Source of the DNA: an uncultured Acidimicrobiaceae bacterium
GTDB taxonomy: Bacteria; Actinomycetota; Acidimicrobiia; Acidimicrobiales; RAAP-2
Reading direction: 5' to 3'
Length of the DNA stretch: 64,000 nucleotides
Assembly: GCA_963762175.1 (NCBI GenBank)
Contig: CAVXJW010000005.1
Span: forward strand, 438,123 to 502,122
Every line of letters begins with the position of its first letter. Positions within the stretch are counted from its first letter, which is position 1. Of the stretch, positions 10,378 through 23,329 are shown one piece after another. The position numbers and the translations under genes are program-made. The notes under the pieces were generated by a model. It saw only the letters and a list, made by a program, of their open reading frames with translations, did no database searches and was not told the DNA's origin.

Positions 10378-11694
10378 GTGAGCCCGGGATCGTCCGCGCC
10401 CGCACCCGGTCCTGCGCCCCGGACGCCCAAGGGCATGCACGACGTGCTGTGGCCCGAGTCCGCCCGTTGGGAGGGAACGGTCGCCCGCTTCGCCGCATTG
10501 GTCGAGGGGGCCGGCTACGGGCTGACGATCACTCCCATCCTCGAGCACGCCGGCGTCTTCCTGCGCGGCATCGGAGAGGGGAGCGAGGTCGTCGGCAAGG
10601 AGATGTACGTCTTCGAGGACCGCGACGGCCAGATGATGGCGCTGCGCCCCGAGGGCACCGCCCCCATCGCCCGCGCCTTCGTCCAGCACCACCCGGTGCC
10701 GCCGTGGAAGGCCTGGTACGTCGCGCCCTCGTTCCGCCACGAGAACCCCCAGCACGGGCGCTACCGCCAGCACCACCAGCTGGGCGTCGAGGCGCTCGGC
10801 GTGGCGGACGCCGACCTCGACGTCGAGGTCGTCTCGCTGGCGCACGACTTCTTCGCAGGCCTCGGCCTGCGCCAGGTGACGCTCAAGTTGCACTCCATGG
10901 GCGACGGCGTCTGCAAGCCGGGCTACGTGGCGTTGCTCGGCGCGTTTCTGGCCGAGCGGGTCGACCAGCTCTGTCCCGCCCACCGGACCCGGCACCTGGA
11001 GAACCCGCTGCGCGTCCTGGACTGCAAGACCGAGGAGTGCCGGGCCGCCACCGCCGACGCACCCCACTTCCTGGACCACCTGTGCGACCCGTGCCGGGAA
11101 CACTTCGCCCGGGTCCGGGCCGGCCTCGATGCACTGGGCGTGGACTACGCCATCGACCACCGCCTCGTGCGGGGGTTCGACTACTACACGCGGACCACCT
11201 TCGAGTTCGCCGCCGACGCGCTCGACGCGGCTCAGAACGGCATCGGGGGCGGCGGCCGCTACGACGGCCTCGTCGACCTCCTCGGCGGGGAGCCGACCCC
11301 GGGGATCGGGTTCGGCATCGGGATCGAGCGGGTGCTGCTGGCGTGCGACGCCGAGGGCGTGTTCTCGACGGAGTCGGTCGTGGCGGCCAACCCTCTGCAC
11401 GCCTACGTGATCGACACCGCAGGCGGGGAGTCCGCCGTCGCCCTCACCGCCGAGCTGCGCCGGGCCGGCCTGCGGGCCGACCGCGCCTTCGGTGGGCGAT
11501 CCATGAAGTCCCAGTTCAAGTCGGCCGACAAATCCAGGGCCCTGGTGGCGCTGGTCGTCGGTCCCAAGGAACTCGAGGCTGGCACGGTGACGCTGCGGCC
11601 TCTCCGGAGCGACGCTGCGCAGCGGACCGTGCCCCGGACTGCCATTGTGGAGGAGCTGCGGGCGTTCCTCCGGGCGCTGGCGGAGGCGGACTGA
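10378..11694 (+). CDS. hisS: histidine--tRNA ligase
   Basis: Uninterrupted 438-aa ORF. PKGMHDVLW, MYVFEDRDGQMMALRPEGTAP, FRHENPQHGRYRQHHQLGVE, GGGGRYDGL. Confidence 0.93.
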   Translation: MSPGSSAPAPGPAPRTPKGMHDVLWPESARWEGTVARFAALVEGAGYGLTITPILEHAGVFLRGIGEGSEVVGKEMYVFEDRDGQMMALRPEGTAPIARAFVQHHPVPPWKAWYVAPSFRHENPQHGRYRQHHQLGVEALGVADADLDVEVVSLAHDFFAGLGLRQVTLKLHSMGDGVCKPGYVALLGAFLAERVDQLCPAHRTRHLENPLRVLDCKTEECRAATADAPHFLDHLCDPCREHFARVRAGLDALGVDYAIDHRLVRGFDYYTRTTFEFAADALDAAQNGIGGGGRYDGLVDLLGGEPTPGIGFGIGIERVLLACDAEGVFSTESVVAANPLHAYVIDTAGGESAVALTAELRRAGLRADRAFGGRSMKSQFKSADKSRALVALVVGPKELEAGTVTLRPLRSDAAQRTVPRTAIVEELRAFLRALAEAD

Positions 11695-11791
11695 GTCTCC
11701 GCCTCGCCGATCCCCGCCCCGAACTCCGCCCGACCCGCCCCGACCCGCCCGACGCCACACCGACCAGACTGAACCCCGAGACCTCCCCACC

Positions 11792-13606
11792 ATGACGACC
11801 GAGACAGACCCGACCCCCGAGCCGAACCGTCCCACCGCCCTGCGCACCCACCTCTGCGGCGTCCTGCGGCCCGCCGACATCGGGAGCACCGTCACCGTCT
11901 GCGGGTGGGTGGCCCGCCGGCGCGAACACGGCGAGCATCTCGCCTTCGTGGACCTGCGGGACCACACGGGGATCATCCAGTGCGTGATCGACCACGCCAC
12001 CGACGTGCGTTCCGAGTGGGTCATCGCCGTCACCGGCACCGTGCGCCGGCGTCCCGACGGCACGGTGAACCCCGGCATCGGGACCGGCGAGGTCGAGATC
12101 GGCGATTGCAGGGTCGAGGTGCTCAACGAAGCCGAACCACCGCCCTTCTCGGTCGACGACCGCGACGAGTCCGACGAGCCGGTGCGCCTGCGCCACCGCT
12201 ACGTCGACCTCCGCCGGCCGCGCATGCAGCGCAACCTCCGGCTGCGCGCCCGGGTCAACGCGGCGCTCCGGGCGGCCATGGACCGGCAGGGCTTCGTGGA
12301 GATCGAGACGCCGTTGCTGTGGGCGCCGACGCCGGAAGGATCCCGGGAGTTCTCCGTGCCCGCCCGCCAGCACCACGGTTCCTTCTACGCGCTGCCGCAG
12401 AGCCCGCAGCTGGCCAAGCAGCTGCTCATGGTCGGCGGCTTCGACCGTTACTTCCAGATTGCCCGTTGCCTGCGCGACGAGGACCTGCGCGCCGACCGCC
12501 AGTTCGAGTTCATGCAACTCGACATGGAGTGCTCCTTCGCCTCCCAGGACGACGTCATGGCCTTCGTCTCCGAGGCGGTGCTCGACGCCGCCGAAGCGGC
12601 CACGGGGGAGCGGCCGCCGCCGATGGAGCGGATGACATGGGCCGAGGCGCGGGACCGCTTCGGCACCGACAAGCCCGATCTGCGCTTCGGCATGGAGCTC
12701 GTCGACCTGACGTCGTGCTTCGAGCACACCGAGGTCAAGGCCTTCTCGTCGCCGACGGTCAAGGCGATCGTCGTCGCCGACGGGGCCACGGCGCCCCGCA
12801 AGCGGCTCGACGAGCTGACCGAGCAGGCCAAGCGGGCCGGCGCCGCCGGCCTGGCCTGGTTCCGCGTGGTGGAGAACGGCCCCTCGCTGGACGGGCCGCT
12901 GGCGCGCCATCTGTCGGAGCAGGAAGTCGCAGGCGTCCTGGCGGCGACGAAGGCGGAACCGGGCGACCTCGTCCTGGCCGTCTCGGACACGTACGCCACG
13001 GCCTGCGAGGTGCTGGGCACGCTGCGCGTGGCGATCGGGGCGCCGCCGGTGGCCGAGGGCCCGCATCGATACGTCTGGGTCGTCGACTTCCCGATGTTCG
13101 AGCTCGGCGCCGACGGCACGCCCCAGCCGGCGCACCACCCGTTCACTATGCCGTACCCCGAGGACGTGCCGCTGCTGGCGACGGACCCTCTCGCCGTGCG
13201 TTCTCAGGCATATGACCTCGTGCTCAACGGATGGGAGCTCGGTTCGGGCAGCGTCCGAATCCACAACCGGTCGACCCAGGAGCAGGTGTTCGCCGCGCTC
13301 GGCATCAGCGCGGAGGAGGCCGAGGCGCGCTTCGGGTTCCTGCTCGGCGCATTCCGCTACGGCGCGCCGCCGCACGCCGGCTTCGCGGTCGGCATCGACC
13401 GGTTGGTCGCGATCCTCTCGGGAGAAGAGAACATCCGAGAGGTGATCGCGTACCCGAAGACACAGTCCGGGGCGGACCTGTTGACCGGCGCACCCACACC
13501 GCTGCCCGCGGCCACGCTGGCCGAGTTGGGCATCCGAGTCGTGGTGCCGCCGGGCGCACCGACGCCGAACGCCGACGCCGAACCCGACCCACCCTCGTCG
13601 AGCTAG
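11792..13606 (+). CDS. aspS: aspartate--tRNA ligase
   Basis: ATG at 11792 within the long ORF. OB-fold N-terminus (VTVCGWVARRREHGEHLAFVDLRDHTG), FYALPQSPQLAKQLLM, QIARCLRDEDLRADRQ, GWELGSGSVRIH, GAPPHAGFAVGIDRL. Confidence 0.93.
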   Translation: MTTETDPTPEPNRPTALRTHLCGVLRPADIGSTVTVCGWVARRREHGEHLAFVDLRDHTGIIQCVIDHATDVRSEWVIAVTGTVRRRPDGTVNPGIGTGEVEIGDCRVEVLNEAEPPPFSVDDRDESDEPVRLRHRYVDLRRPRMQRNLRLRARVNAALRAAMDRQGFVEIETPLLWAPTPEGSREFSVPARQHHGSFYALPQSPQLAKQLLMVGGFDRYFQIARCLRDEDLRADRQFEFMQLDMECSFASQDDVMAFVSEAVLDAAEAATGERPPPMERMTWAEARDRFGTDKPDLRFGMELVDLTSCFEHTEVKAFSSPTVKAIVVADGATAPRKRLDELTEQAKRAGAAGLAWFRVVENGPSLDGPLARHLSEQEVAGVLAATKAEPGDLVLAVSDTYATACEVLGTLRVAIGAPPVAEGPHRYVWVVDFPMFELGADGTPQPAHHPFTMPYPEDVPLLATDPLAVRSQAYDLVLNGWELGSGSVRIHNRSTQEQVFAALGISAEEAEARFGFLLGAFRYGAPPHAGFAVGIDRLVAILSGEENIREVIAYPKTQSGADLLTGAPTPLPAATLAELGIRVVVPPGAPTPNADAEPDPPSSS

Positions 13607-13617
13607 GCGGCAACCCG

Positions 13618-14953
13618 GTGAGCCTCTTTGCCGACGCCGCCGACCGCCGCCTCCAGCGCCAGGCGCCCCTCGCCGCCCGCCTCCGCCCCCGCACCCTCGA
13701 TGAGATCGTGGGCCAGGAGCACCTCGTCGGCCCCGGTGCCCCCTTGCGCCGGCTGGCCGAGTCCGACCGGGTCACGTCGTCGATCCTGTGGGGCCCCGCC
13801 GGCACCGGCAAGACCACGCTCGCCCGCTTGCTGGCCGACACCACGGCCAAGCACCTGACGACGCTGTCGGCCACGGCCGCCGGTGTGAAGGACGTGCGCG
13901 AGGCCCTCGCCGAGGCGGAGCGCCGCCTGGGCGAGCAGGGCCAGGGCACCATGCTCTTCATCGACGAGGTGCACCGCTTCAGCAAGTCCCAGCAGGACGT
14001 GCTGCTCCCCGCCGTCGAGGACGGGCTCGTCGTGCTGATCGGCGCCACCACGGAGAATCCCTTCTTCGAGGTGAATCCGCCCCTGTTGAGCCGGACCTCA
14101 CTGTGGCGGCTGCACCCCTTGTCGCCGGACAACCTGCGCACGCTGATCCGGCGCGGACTCGACCTGGAAGGAGCGGACGCGGAGGACGACGCCGTCGACG
14201 CGGTGGTGGCGGCCTGCGAGGGCGACGCCCGTGCCGCGCTCGACGACGGTGGAGGTGGCGGTGGCGCTCGGCCGCGCGACCGAAGACGCGGACGAGGGCG
14301 TCCGCGACGCGGGGCGACGGCCGGGTGACACTCACCATGGACGACATGGCCCGGGCCCGCGACGGGCGGCTGTTCCACCAGGGCGCCGACGAGCACTACG
14401 ACCAGATCAGTGCATTGATCAAGAGCGTGCGGGGCTCGGACCCCGACGCCGGTCTCTACTGGATGGCCCGCATGATCGAGGCAGGGGAGGATCCCCGCTT
14501 CCTGGCTCGCCGCATGGTCATCTTGGCCAGCGAGGACATCGGGCTGGCCGATCCCCAGGCGCTCCTGGTGGCCGAGGCGGCGGCCCGGGCCGTCGAGTAC
14601 GTGGGGTTGCCCGAGGCGGCGTTGAACCTGGCCGAGGCCGTGATCTACCTGGCCCGGGCGCCGAAATCCAACGCCGTGGTGGTGGCGCTGGGCCGGGCCC
14701 AGGCCGACGTGCGCTCGAGCGTCGGCCAGGAGGTGCCGACCCATCTGCGGGACGCCCACTACAAGGGCGCGGCCACGCTCGGGCACGGCGAGGGCTACGT
14801 CTATCCCCATGACGACCCCTCCGGGGTGGTCCCCCAGCAGTATCGTCCTGACGCGCTCGAGGGACGGGTGTACTACGAGCCCACGCCCCGCGATGGAGAA
14901 GGGTGTCGACGGGACGAGCCGGGGGAGCCCGGGACAGGGAGGCCGAGTCGTGA
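13618..14953 (+). CDS. rarA: replication-associated recombination protein A (AAA+ ATPase); about 4 frame switches between 14245 and 14930
   Basis: [10 protein letters not shown], Walker [29 protein letters not shown], then [23 protein letters not shown]...[32 protein letters not shown]. The end is inferred from a TGA at 14951-14953. Confidence 0.85.
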
Positions 14954-17890
14954 TTCGGGGTCAGCGCAAGGTGCGCGACGGTCTGTCGCCGCCGCGTGCG
15001 GCGCGCTGCTCACGGTCGGCGCGTTGGCCCCCGCCGCCCTCAGTGCGGGCACCGGTGCCGGCAGTGCCGGTGCCGCGCAGCCCGGCCGCTTCGTCCTGCC
15101 GCAGGAGGCACCGCGACTTGCCCGTTGGGCACTCATCAGCTCGGCGCCGCCCCCGCCGGCCAAGTCCTCGACCTCGACGTCGTGCTCGCCGGCCAGAACA
15201 CCGGCCGGTCTCGGCCCAGGCCGTCGACGCCGTGTCCACGCCGGGATCGCCCGAGTACCGCCACTACCTGACGCCGGCGCAGTATGCGGCGGAGTACGGG
15301 CCGAGCCCGGCCGAGGTGGCCCAGGTGTCGGACACCCTGCGCAGCGAGGGATTGACGGTGGGGACGCCTGATCCGGGAAGCACGCTGTTGCCGGTGCGCG
15401 GCACGGCGTCGGTGGTCGCGGCCGCTCTGGGTACCCCGCTGGTGTCGGTCCAGGCGCCGGGCGACTCGGCCCGGTCCATCGTGAACACGGCGTCGCCCCA
15501 GGTTCCCGCCTCGCTCAGCGGCGTCGTGACCGGGGTGATCGGCCTCGACGGCCTGTTCCAGGAGCACTCCATGGTCCGCCGGGCGCACGCCGGCACGACC
15601 GAGTCGCCGGAGGCGACATCCGACGACGCCCAGCACAGCGACGCCGCAGCCCGAGTCGGCTCCGGCTCGCCGTCAACGGCGGCCGAGACCCCGAACGCCA
15701 CCGGCCACGCCGCTACACCGCAGGCGTGTCCGGTGGCCCAGCAGCATCGGCGTTCGACGGCACCTTCACGTCGACCCAGATGTCGTCCATCTTCGGACTG
15801 GACCAGCTCTTCGCGCAGGGCCGCACCGGGATCGGCCAGTCCATCGCCATCGTGGAGTTCGAGCAGTACGCGCAGAGCGACTTCGCCACGTTCACGGCCT
15901 GTTACGGGCTGACCAATCCGATCCGCAACGTCGCCATCGACGGCGGCTCGGGCGGACCGCACCGAGCGGCCAGGCGGGCGAGGCCGCCCTCGACGTCGAG
16001 CTGGCCGCGGTCAACGCCCCCTCCGCCTCGCTCGTCGTCTACGAGGCGCCGAACGGCAACGATGCGCAGGCCTTCGACCTGTTCAACCGCATCGCCAGCG
16101 ACGACAGCTCGCAGGTCGTCAGCACGAGCTGGGGCGTGTGCGAACAGGACATGCCGGCGAGCGACCGCCAGACCGAGAACGGGATCTTCCAGCGCATGGC
16201 GATGCAGGGCCAGACGGTCATCGCCGCCTCGGGTGACTCGGGCTCCGAGGACTGCTTCCCGACCGACGGCAGCAGCGGACTGGCGGTCGACGACCCCGGG
16301 TCGCAACCCGATGTCGTGAGCGCCGGCGGCACCTCCATGAGCAGCGCCTCGGCGGCACGCAGTCGGTGTGGAACTGCCAGTTCCTCTGCCGCTCGCCCGG
16401 GCGCCGGCGGCGGGGGCTACTCCATCGAGTGGCCGGCCAATCCGGGCCAACCCGCGGCGATCGGGTAGCGGCACCGCTCCGTGCGGGCTGAGCGACTGTC
16501 GAGCGGTCCCCGACTTCTCCTATCCGTCTGACCCGACCGCCGGGCGCCGTGGTCGACTACTGGGACGGCGCCTGGGGCGGTGCCGGCGGCACCAGCGTGG
16601 CGGCGCCCGTCAACGCGGGGTTCTTCGCCGACACCAATCAGGGCTGCTACGGCCCGCTCGGGCGCGTCGGCCCCTCGCTCTACACGGCCCAGCAGGCCAG
16701 CGGGTCGAACTTCACCGACATCACGTCGGGCAACAACGACTTCACCGGCACCAATCTCGGCGCGCTTCGCCGCCGGCCGCCGGCTTCGATGCGGCCAGCG
16801 GCCTCGGCACACCGGTCGACCAGAACCTGGCCATCGCGCTCCAGGGCGCCGACGGTTGCCCGTCGGTGGCCTCGGTGAGCCCGAACACCGGGCCGCTGAG
16901 CAACGCCGGCGCCATCACGATCTTCGGGGGCGGTTTCGCCAACGCCAGCTCGGTGACCTTCGGCTCGGCCGGGCAACGGGCGCATCGTCTCGCAGTACCG
17001 CCATCGTCCGTCACGGTCGTCCCGCCGAACGTGTCGACCGCCGCGTGCGTGGATGTCACGGTGACGAACTCGCAGGGGATCTCGGCGCAGTCCGTCGTCG
17101 ACCACTACGGCTTCGGTGGGGACCTCAACTGCGGCGAGGGCTACCGGTTCGTGGCCTCCGACGGCGGCGTCTTCAACTATCGGGGATGCGGGCTTCTACG
17201 GCAGCGCGGGCGGCACGCCGCTCAACGCACCGGTGGTGGGCATGGCCGACACGCCCAGCACCAACGGCTACTGGCTGGTGGCCTCCGACGGCGGCATCTT
17301 CAACTACGGCGACGCCGGGTTCTTCGGCTCCATGGGCGGGCAGCACCTCAACAAACCGATCGTCGGCATGGCTGCCACGGCCGACGGGCGGCGGCTACTG
17401 GCTGGTGGCCTCCGACGGCGGGCATCTTCAGCTTCGGCGACGCGCCGTTCTTCGGCTCCACCGGCGCCATCCACCTCAACAAGCCGATCGTGGCCATGAC
17501 TACCACGCCCGATGGGGGCGGCTACTGGCTGGTGGCCTCCGACGGCGGGCATCTTCTCCTACGGCGACGCGCAGTTCTACGGGTCGACGGGCTCCCTGCA
17601 CCTGAACTCACCGGTGGTGGGCATGGCGGCCGGGCCGGGCGGCGCCGGCTACTGGCTGGTCGCCGCCGACGGCGGGCATCTTCACCTACGGCACCGCCAA
17701 CTTCTTCGGCTCCGCCGGATCCCTGCACCTGAACAAGCCGGTGGTGGGCATGGCCGCCGCCCCGAACGCAGGCGGCTACTGGCTGGTGGCCTCCGACGGC
17801 GGCATCTTCACCTACGGCAACACGCTCTTCTACGGGTCGACGGGCGGCATCCAGCTGAACAAGCCCATTGTGGGGATGTCCTCGGCCTGA
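14950..17890 (+). CDS. secreted S53 (sedolisin/kumamolisin-type) serine peptidase with an IPT/TIG-like domain and six C-terminal ~39-aa repeats; at least 15 frame switches
   Basis: Signal-like N-terminus (RKVRD...[21 protein letters not shown]). Pro-kumamolisin-like prodomain ([32 protein letters not shown]...GLTV). Catalytic motifs [11 protein letters not shown] and [11 protein letters not shown]-like segment ([31 protein letters not shown]...VDVTVTN). Then the repeats. Start inferred from a GTG overlapping the rarA stop. Confidence 0.8.
17139..17887 (+). repeat. six in-gene tandem repeats (117-123 nt each), consensus [42 protein letters not shown]
   Basis: Read across three frames: [42 protein letters not shown] / [42 protein letters not shown] / ...[32 protein letters not shown] / ...[32 protein letters not shown] / ...[32 protein letters not shown] / ...[28 protein letters not shown]. 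Confidence 0.9.
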
Positions 17891-17962
17891 TCCGGCGCTG
17901 CCGCGGCCGCCCGGTGCCGCCCGACCCAGCCCACCCAGCCCACCCGGCCCCGCCTGGACCCT

Positions 17963-17996
17963 CCGGGACGCCGAGAGCGGCCCCGGATCCGTTTTT
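17963..17996 (+). terminator. putative intrinsic terminator downstream of the S53 peptidase gene
   Basis: CCGGG-ac-GCCG[AGAG]CGGC-CCCGG forms a 9-bp stem with a 2-nt bulge, followed by ATCCG and TTTTT (17992-17996). Confidence 0.45.
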
Positions 17997-18016
17997 GGCC
18001 CCGGTAAGCTGCAGTG

Positions 18017-20690
<2,674 letters not shown>

Positions 20691-20694
<4 letters not shown>

Positions 20695-21141
20695 GCGACG
20701 GAGGGGCCGGGCGTGGTCCCGGCCGGGTGGCCGCGCTCGATCTCGGGGCGCGCCGGATCGGCGTGGCCTACAGCGACAGCAACCGGAGCCTGGCGAGCCC
20801 GTGGGGGACGATCGAACGCAGCGGTGACGCCGCCCGCGACCGCAGCGCCGTCCTGGAGGCCGTACGCGAGGTCGAGGCGCTGACCGTCGTGGTCGGTCTC
20901 CCTCTGAGCCTCTCCGGACAGCTCGGGCCGGCGGCGCGTGCCGCGCTCGACGAGGCGGCCGCCTTGCGGGAGCTGTTGGAGCCCCTCGGGGTCAGCGTCG
21001 AGACAGCCGACGAGCGCTTTACGACGGTGGAGGCGGAACGCTCCATCGCGCGCCGCAGGCCGCACCGGCAAAAAGGCCCGCAAGGTCGTCGACAGCGCGG
21101 CGGCCATGGTGCTGCTCCAGGCCTGGCTGGACAACGCATGA
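20691..21141 (+). CDS. ruvX: Holliday-junction-resolvase-like putative pre-16S rRNA nuclease (YqgF); +1 shift at about 21055
   Basis: GTG overlaps the alaS stop. VAALDLGARRIGVAYSD...VVVGLPLSLSG...DERFTTVEAE, ending in the next frame KKARKVVDSAAAMVLLQAWLD. Confidence 0.85.
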
Positions 21142-22367
21142 GCGGGCCCAGCGGGCCCTTCGACGGTGACGCGGAGGACGCCGGCGTCACGGGCGACAGG
21201 GGCGAAGAGGACCTGCCCTGGCCGCAACCGGAGCCGGAGTCGGGGTCGCAGGCGTCAACAGCCGAGAGTGTCGTCGACGAAGACGTGGAGACGGCGCCCG
21301 CCACTGACGAGGTGGAGACCCGGAGCGGGCGCCGCGCCGCTCGTTCAGCCCGGGTGCGCCGCCGCCGCCGGGTCCTGGCGGTCATCGGCGGCGGCCTCCT
21401 CATCGTCGTCCTTGGCTTCGTGCTCTGGTACGAGCTCGAGGCGCACGCCCTGGGCCCTCCGGGTCCGCAGGTCGTCGTCACTGTGCACGAGGGCGAGTCG
21501 ACGGACTCCATCATCAACTCGCTCAGTGCAAAGGGTGTGATCGGGAGCTCGCTCGCCTTCCAGGTCTCCGAGGTCTTCCACGGCACGCCGTCGGTCGTGC
21601 CGGGGAGCTACGCCATGCACCAGAACCTGAGCTTCTCCGAGGTGCGCAGCCTGCTGACCGCGGGCCCGAACATCTATCCGGTCGACGTGCGGCCCGGCTA
21701 CACGCTCTCCGAGGTGGCGCAAGAAGTCGACAGCCTGCCCGGCCACTCCGGCGGCGAGTTCGCCAAGACCGCGGCGAGCGGCGCCGTGCATTCGATGTTC
21801 TCGCCCCCGGGCTCGGACAACCTCGAAGGGATGCTCGGCACGGGGAACTATCTCGTGCTGCCGGGGGAGACCGACACCACGATCCTGACCGACATGGTGC
21901 AACGCTTCGACCACGTCGCACAGGCGGCGGGCCTCAGCACGGCGTCGGCGGCCGCGCTGGGCATGACGCCGTACCAGGTGATCATCACCGCCTCCATCGT
22001 GGAGAAGGAGGGGTACTACACGTTCAACATGCCCAAGACCGCTCGCGTGATCTACAACCGGCTGGCCCGCGGCACCCCGCTGCAGATGGACTCCACCGTG
22101 CTGTACGCCCTCGGTCAGGACGGCGGTCCGGTCACGTCGCAGGACCTCAAGATCCAGTCGCCGTACAACAGCTACCTCAACACCGGGCTGACGCCGACGC
22201 CGATTTGCATGCCGTCGCCGACGGCGTTGCAGGCGGCCGTGCATCCACCGGCGGGCGGCTGGCTGTATTTCACCCTCGTCCAGAAGAACGGCGTGATGGC
22301 CTTCTCCGACACCTACGCCGAGCAGCTCGCCAACGAGCAGCTGGCCAAGTCCCGTGGTCTCCCCTGA
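21138..22367 (+). CDS. mltG: endolytic murein transglycosylase MltG (YceG-like)
   Basis: ATG overlaps the ruvX stop (ATGA). Single TM segment (VLAVIGGGLLIVVLGFVLW). ASIVEKEG, VIYNRL...PLQMDSTVLYA, YNSYLNTGLTPTPICMPS. Confidence 0.88.
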   Translation: MSGPSGPFDGDAEDAGVTGDRGEEDLPWPQPEPESGSQASTAESVVDEDVETAPATDEVETRSGRRAARSARVRRRRRVLAVIGGGLLIVVLGFVLWYELEAHALGPPGPQVVVTVHEGESTDSIINSLSAKGVIGSSLAFQVSEVFHGTPSVVPGSYAMHQNLSFSEVRSLLTAGPNIYPVDVRPGYTLSEVAQEVDSLPGHSGGEFAKTAASGAVHSMFSPPGSDNLEGMLGTGNYLVLPGETDTTILTDMVQRFDHVAQAAGLSTASAAALGMTPYQVIITASIVEKEGYYTFNMPKTARVIYNRLARGTPLQMDSTVLYALGQDGGPVTSQDLKIQSPYNSYLNTGLTPTPICMPSPTALQAAVHPPAGGWLYFTLVQKNGVMAFSDTYAEQLANEQLAKSRGLP

Positions 22368-23298
22368 GTCGGGCGCCGGTGTGCCCGTGACGATCGAAGG
22401 CGCGCGGGCTGACGTCGGGACTGCAGTGCGGATGGTCGGGGTGATTGGCAGTCCGATCGCCCACTCGCTGTCGCCCTTGCTGCACAGCGCGGCGTTTGCC
22501 GCGCTCGGGCTGTCCGACTCGTGGCGGTCGCTCGCCTTCGAGGTGCCGGCCGGACAGGCGGCGGACGCACTGTCCGCCATGCGCCGCGCCGACATCAGCG
22601 GTCTTTCCGTCACCATGCCCCACAAGGCGGCTGTGGCCGCCCTCGTTGACGAGCGCACGGAGGTGGCCCGCCGCCTCGACGCCGTGAACTGCATCGTGCA
22701 GCGGGACGGGAGGCTCCTGGGAGCCAACACCGACGGAGCCGGCTTCGTGGCCTCTCTGGAACGGGGCGCCTCGTTCTCACCCGCCGGGAGGCGCTGCCTG
22801 GTCATCGGCGCCGGTGGGGCCGCCCGGGCCGTCGTGCTGGCTCTGGCCGACGCGGGGGCCGATGCCGTGGTCGTCCTGAACCGGACCCCCGAACGGGCCG
22901 CCACGGCCGCTGCACTGGCCGGTGCGGCGGGGTCGGTGGTGGGACGGACCGAGGGCGCCCGGGTCGCGGCTATTCAGGCCGCTGACCTGGTTGTCAACGC
23001 CACCCCGGTCGGGATGGTCGGCGCGGGTGCCGCTGGTGCCGGGGGCGGCGGAGGTGGCGCGGACTGGCCCGTGGATCCCGGGCTGCTCCATGCCGGACAG
23101 GTGGCGGCCGACCTGATTTATGCCCCCCGGCCCACGCCCTGGCTGGTGGCGGCCGAGGCGACCGGGGCCACCGGGGTCGACGGCCTGGGGATGCTCGTGC
23201 ACCAGGCGGCTGCGCAGATCACCCTGTGGACCGGGATGGAGGCGCCGGTCGAGGCCATGTGGCTGGCCGCGGAGGCGGTTGATCCTCCGACGGGCTGA
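22354..23298 (+). CDS. aroE: shikimate dehydrogenase (start may instead be the ATG at 22432)
   Basis: GVIGSPIAHSLSPLLHSAAF, GLSVTMPHK, DAVNCIV, GANTDGAGF, VIGAGGAARAV, NATPVGM, GLGMLVHQAA. Confidence 0.88.
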   Translation: MVSPESGAGVPVTIEGARADVGTAVRMVGVIGSPIAHSLSPLLHSAAFAALGLSDSWRSLAFEVPAGQAADALSAMRRADISGLSVTMPHKAAVAALVDERTEVARRLDAVNCIVQRDGRLLGANTDGAGFVASLERGASFSPAGRRCLVIGAGGAARAVVLALADAGADAVVVLNRTPERAATAAALAGAAGSVVGRTEGARVAAIQAADLVVNATPVGMVGAGAAGAGGGGGGADWPVDPGLLHAGQVAADLIYAPRPTPWLVAAEATGATGVDGLGMLVHQAAAQITLWTGMEAPVEAMWLAAEAVDPPTG

Positions 23299-23329
23299 GC
23301 GCGGGCCGCGTCGGAAGGGCTGACGCCGC

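Noticed and set aside
17139-17887. Tandem DNA repeats as a CRISPR array or a satellite.
   Set aside because: The units are contiguous (117-123 nt) without spacers and encode a conserved ~39-aa protein repeat inside the S53 gene.
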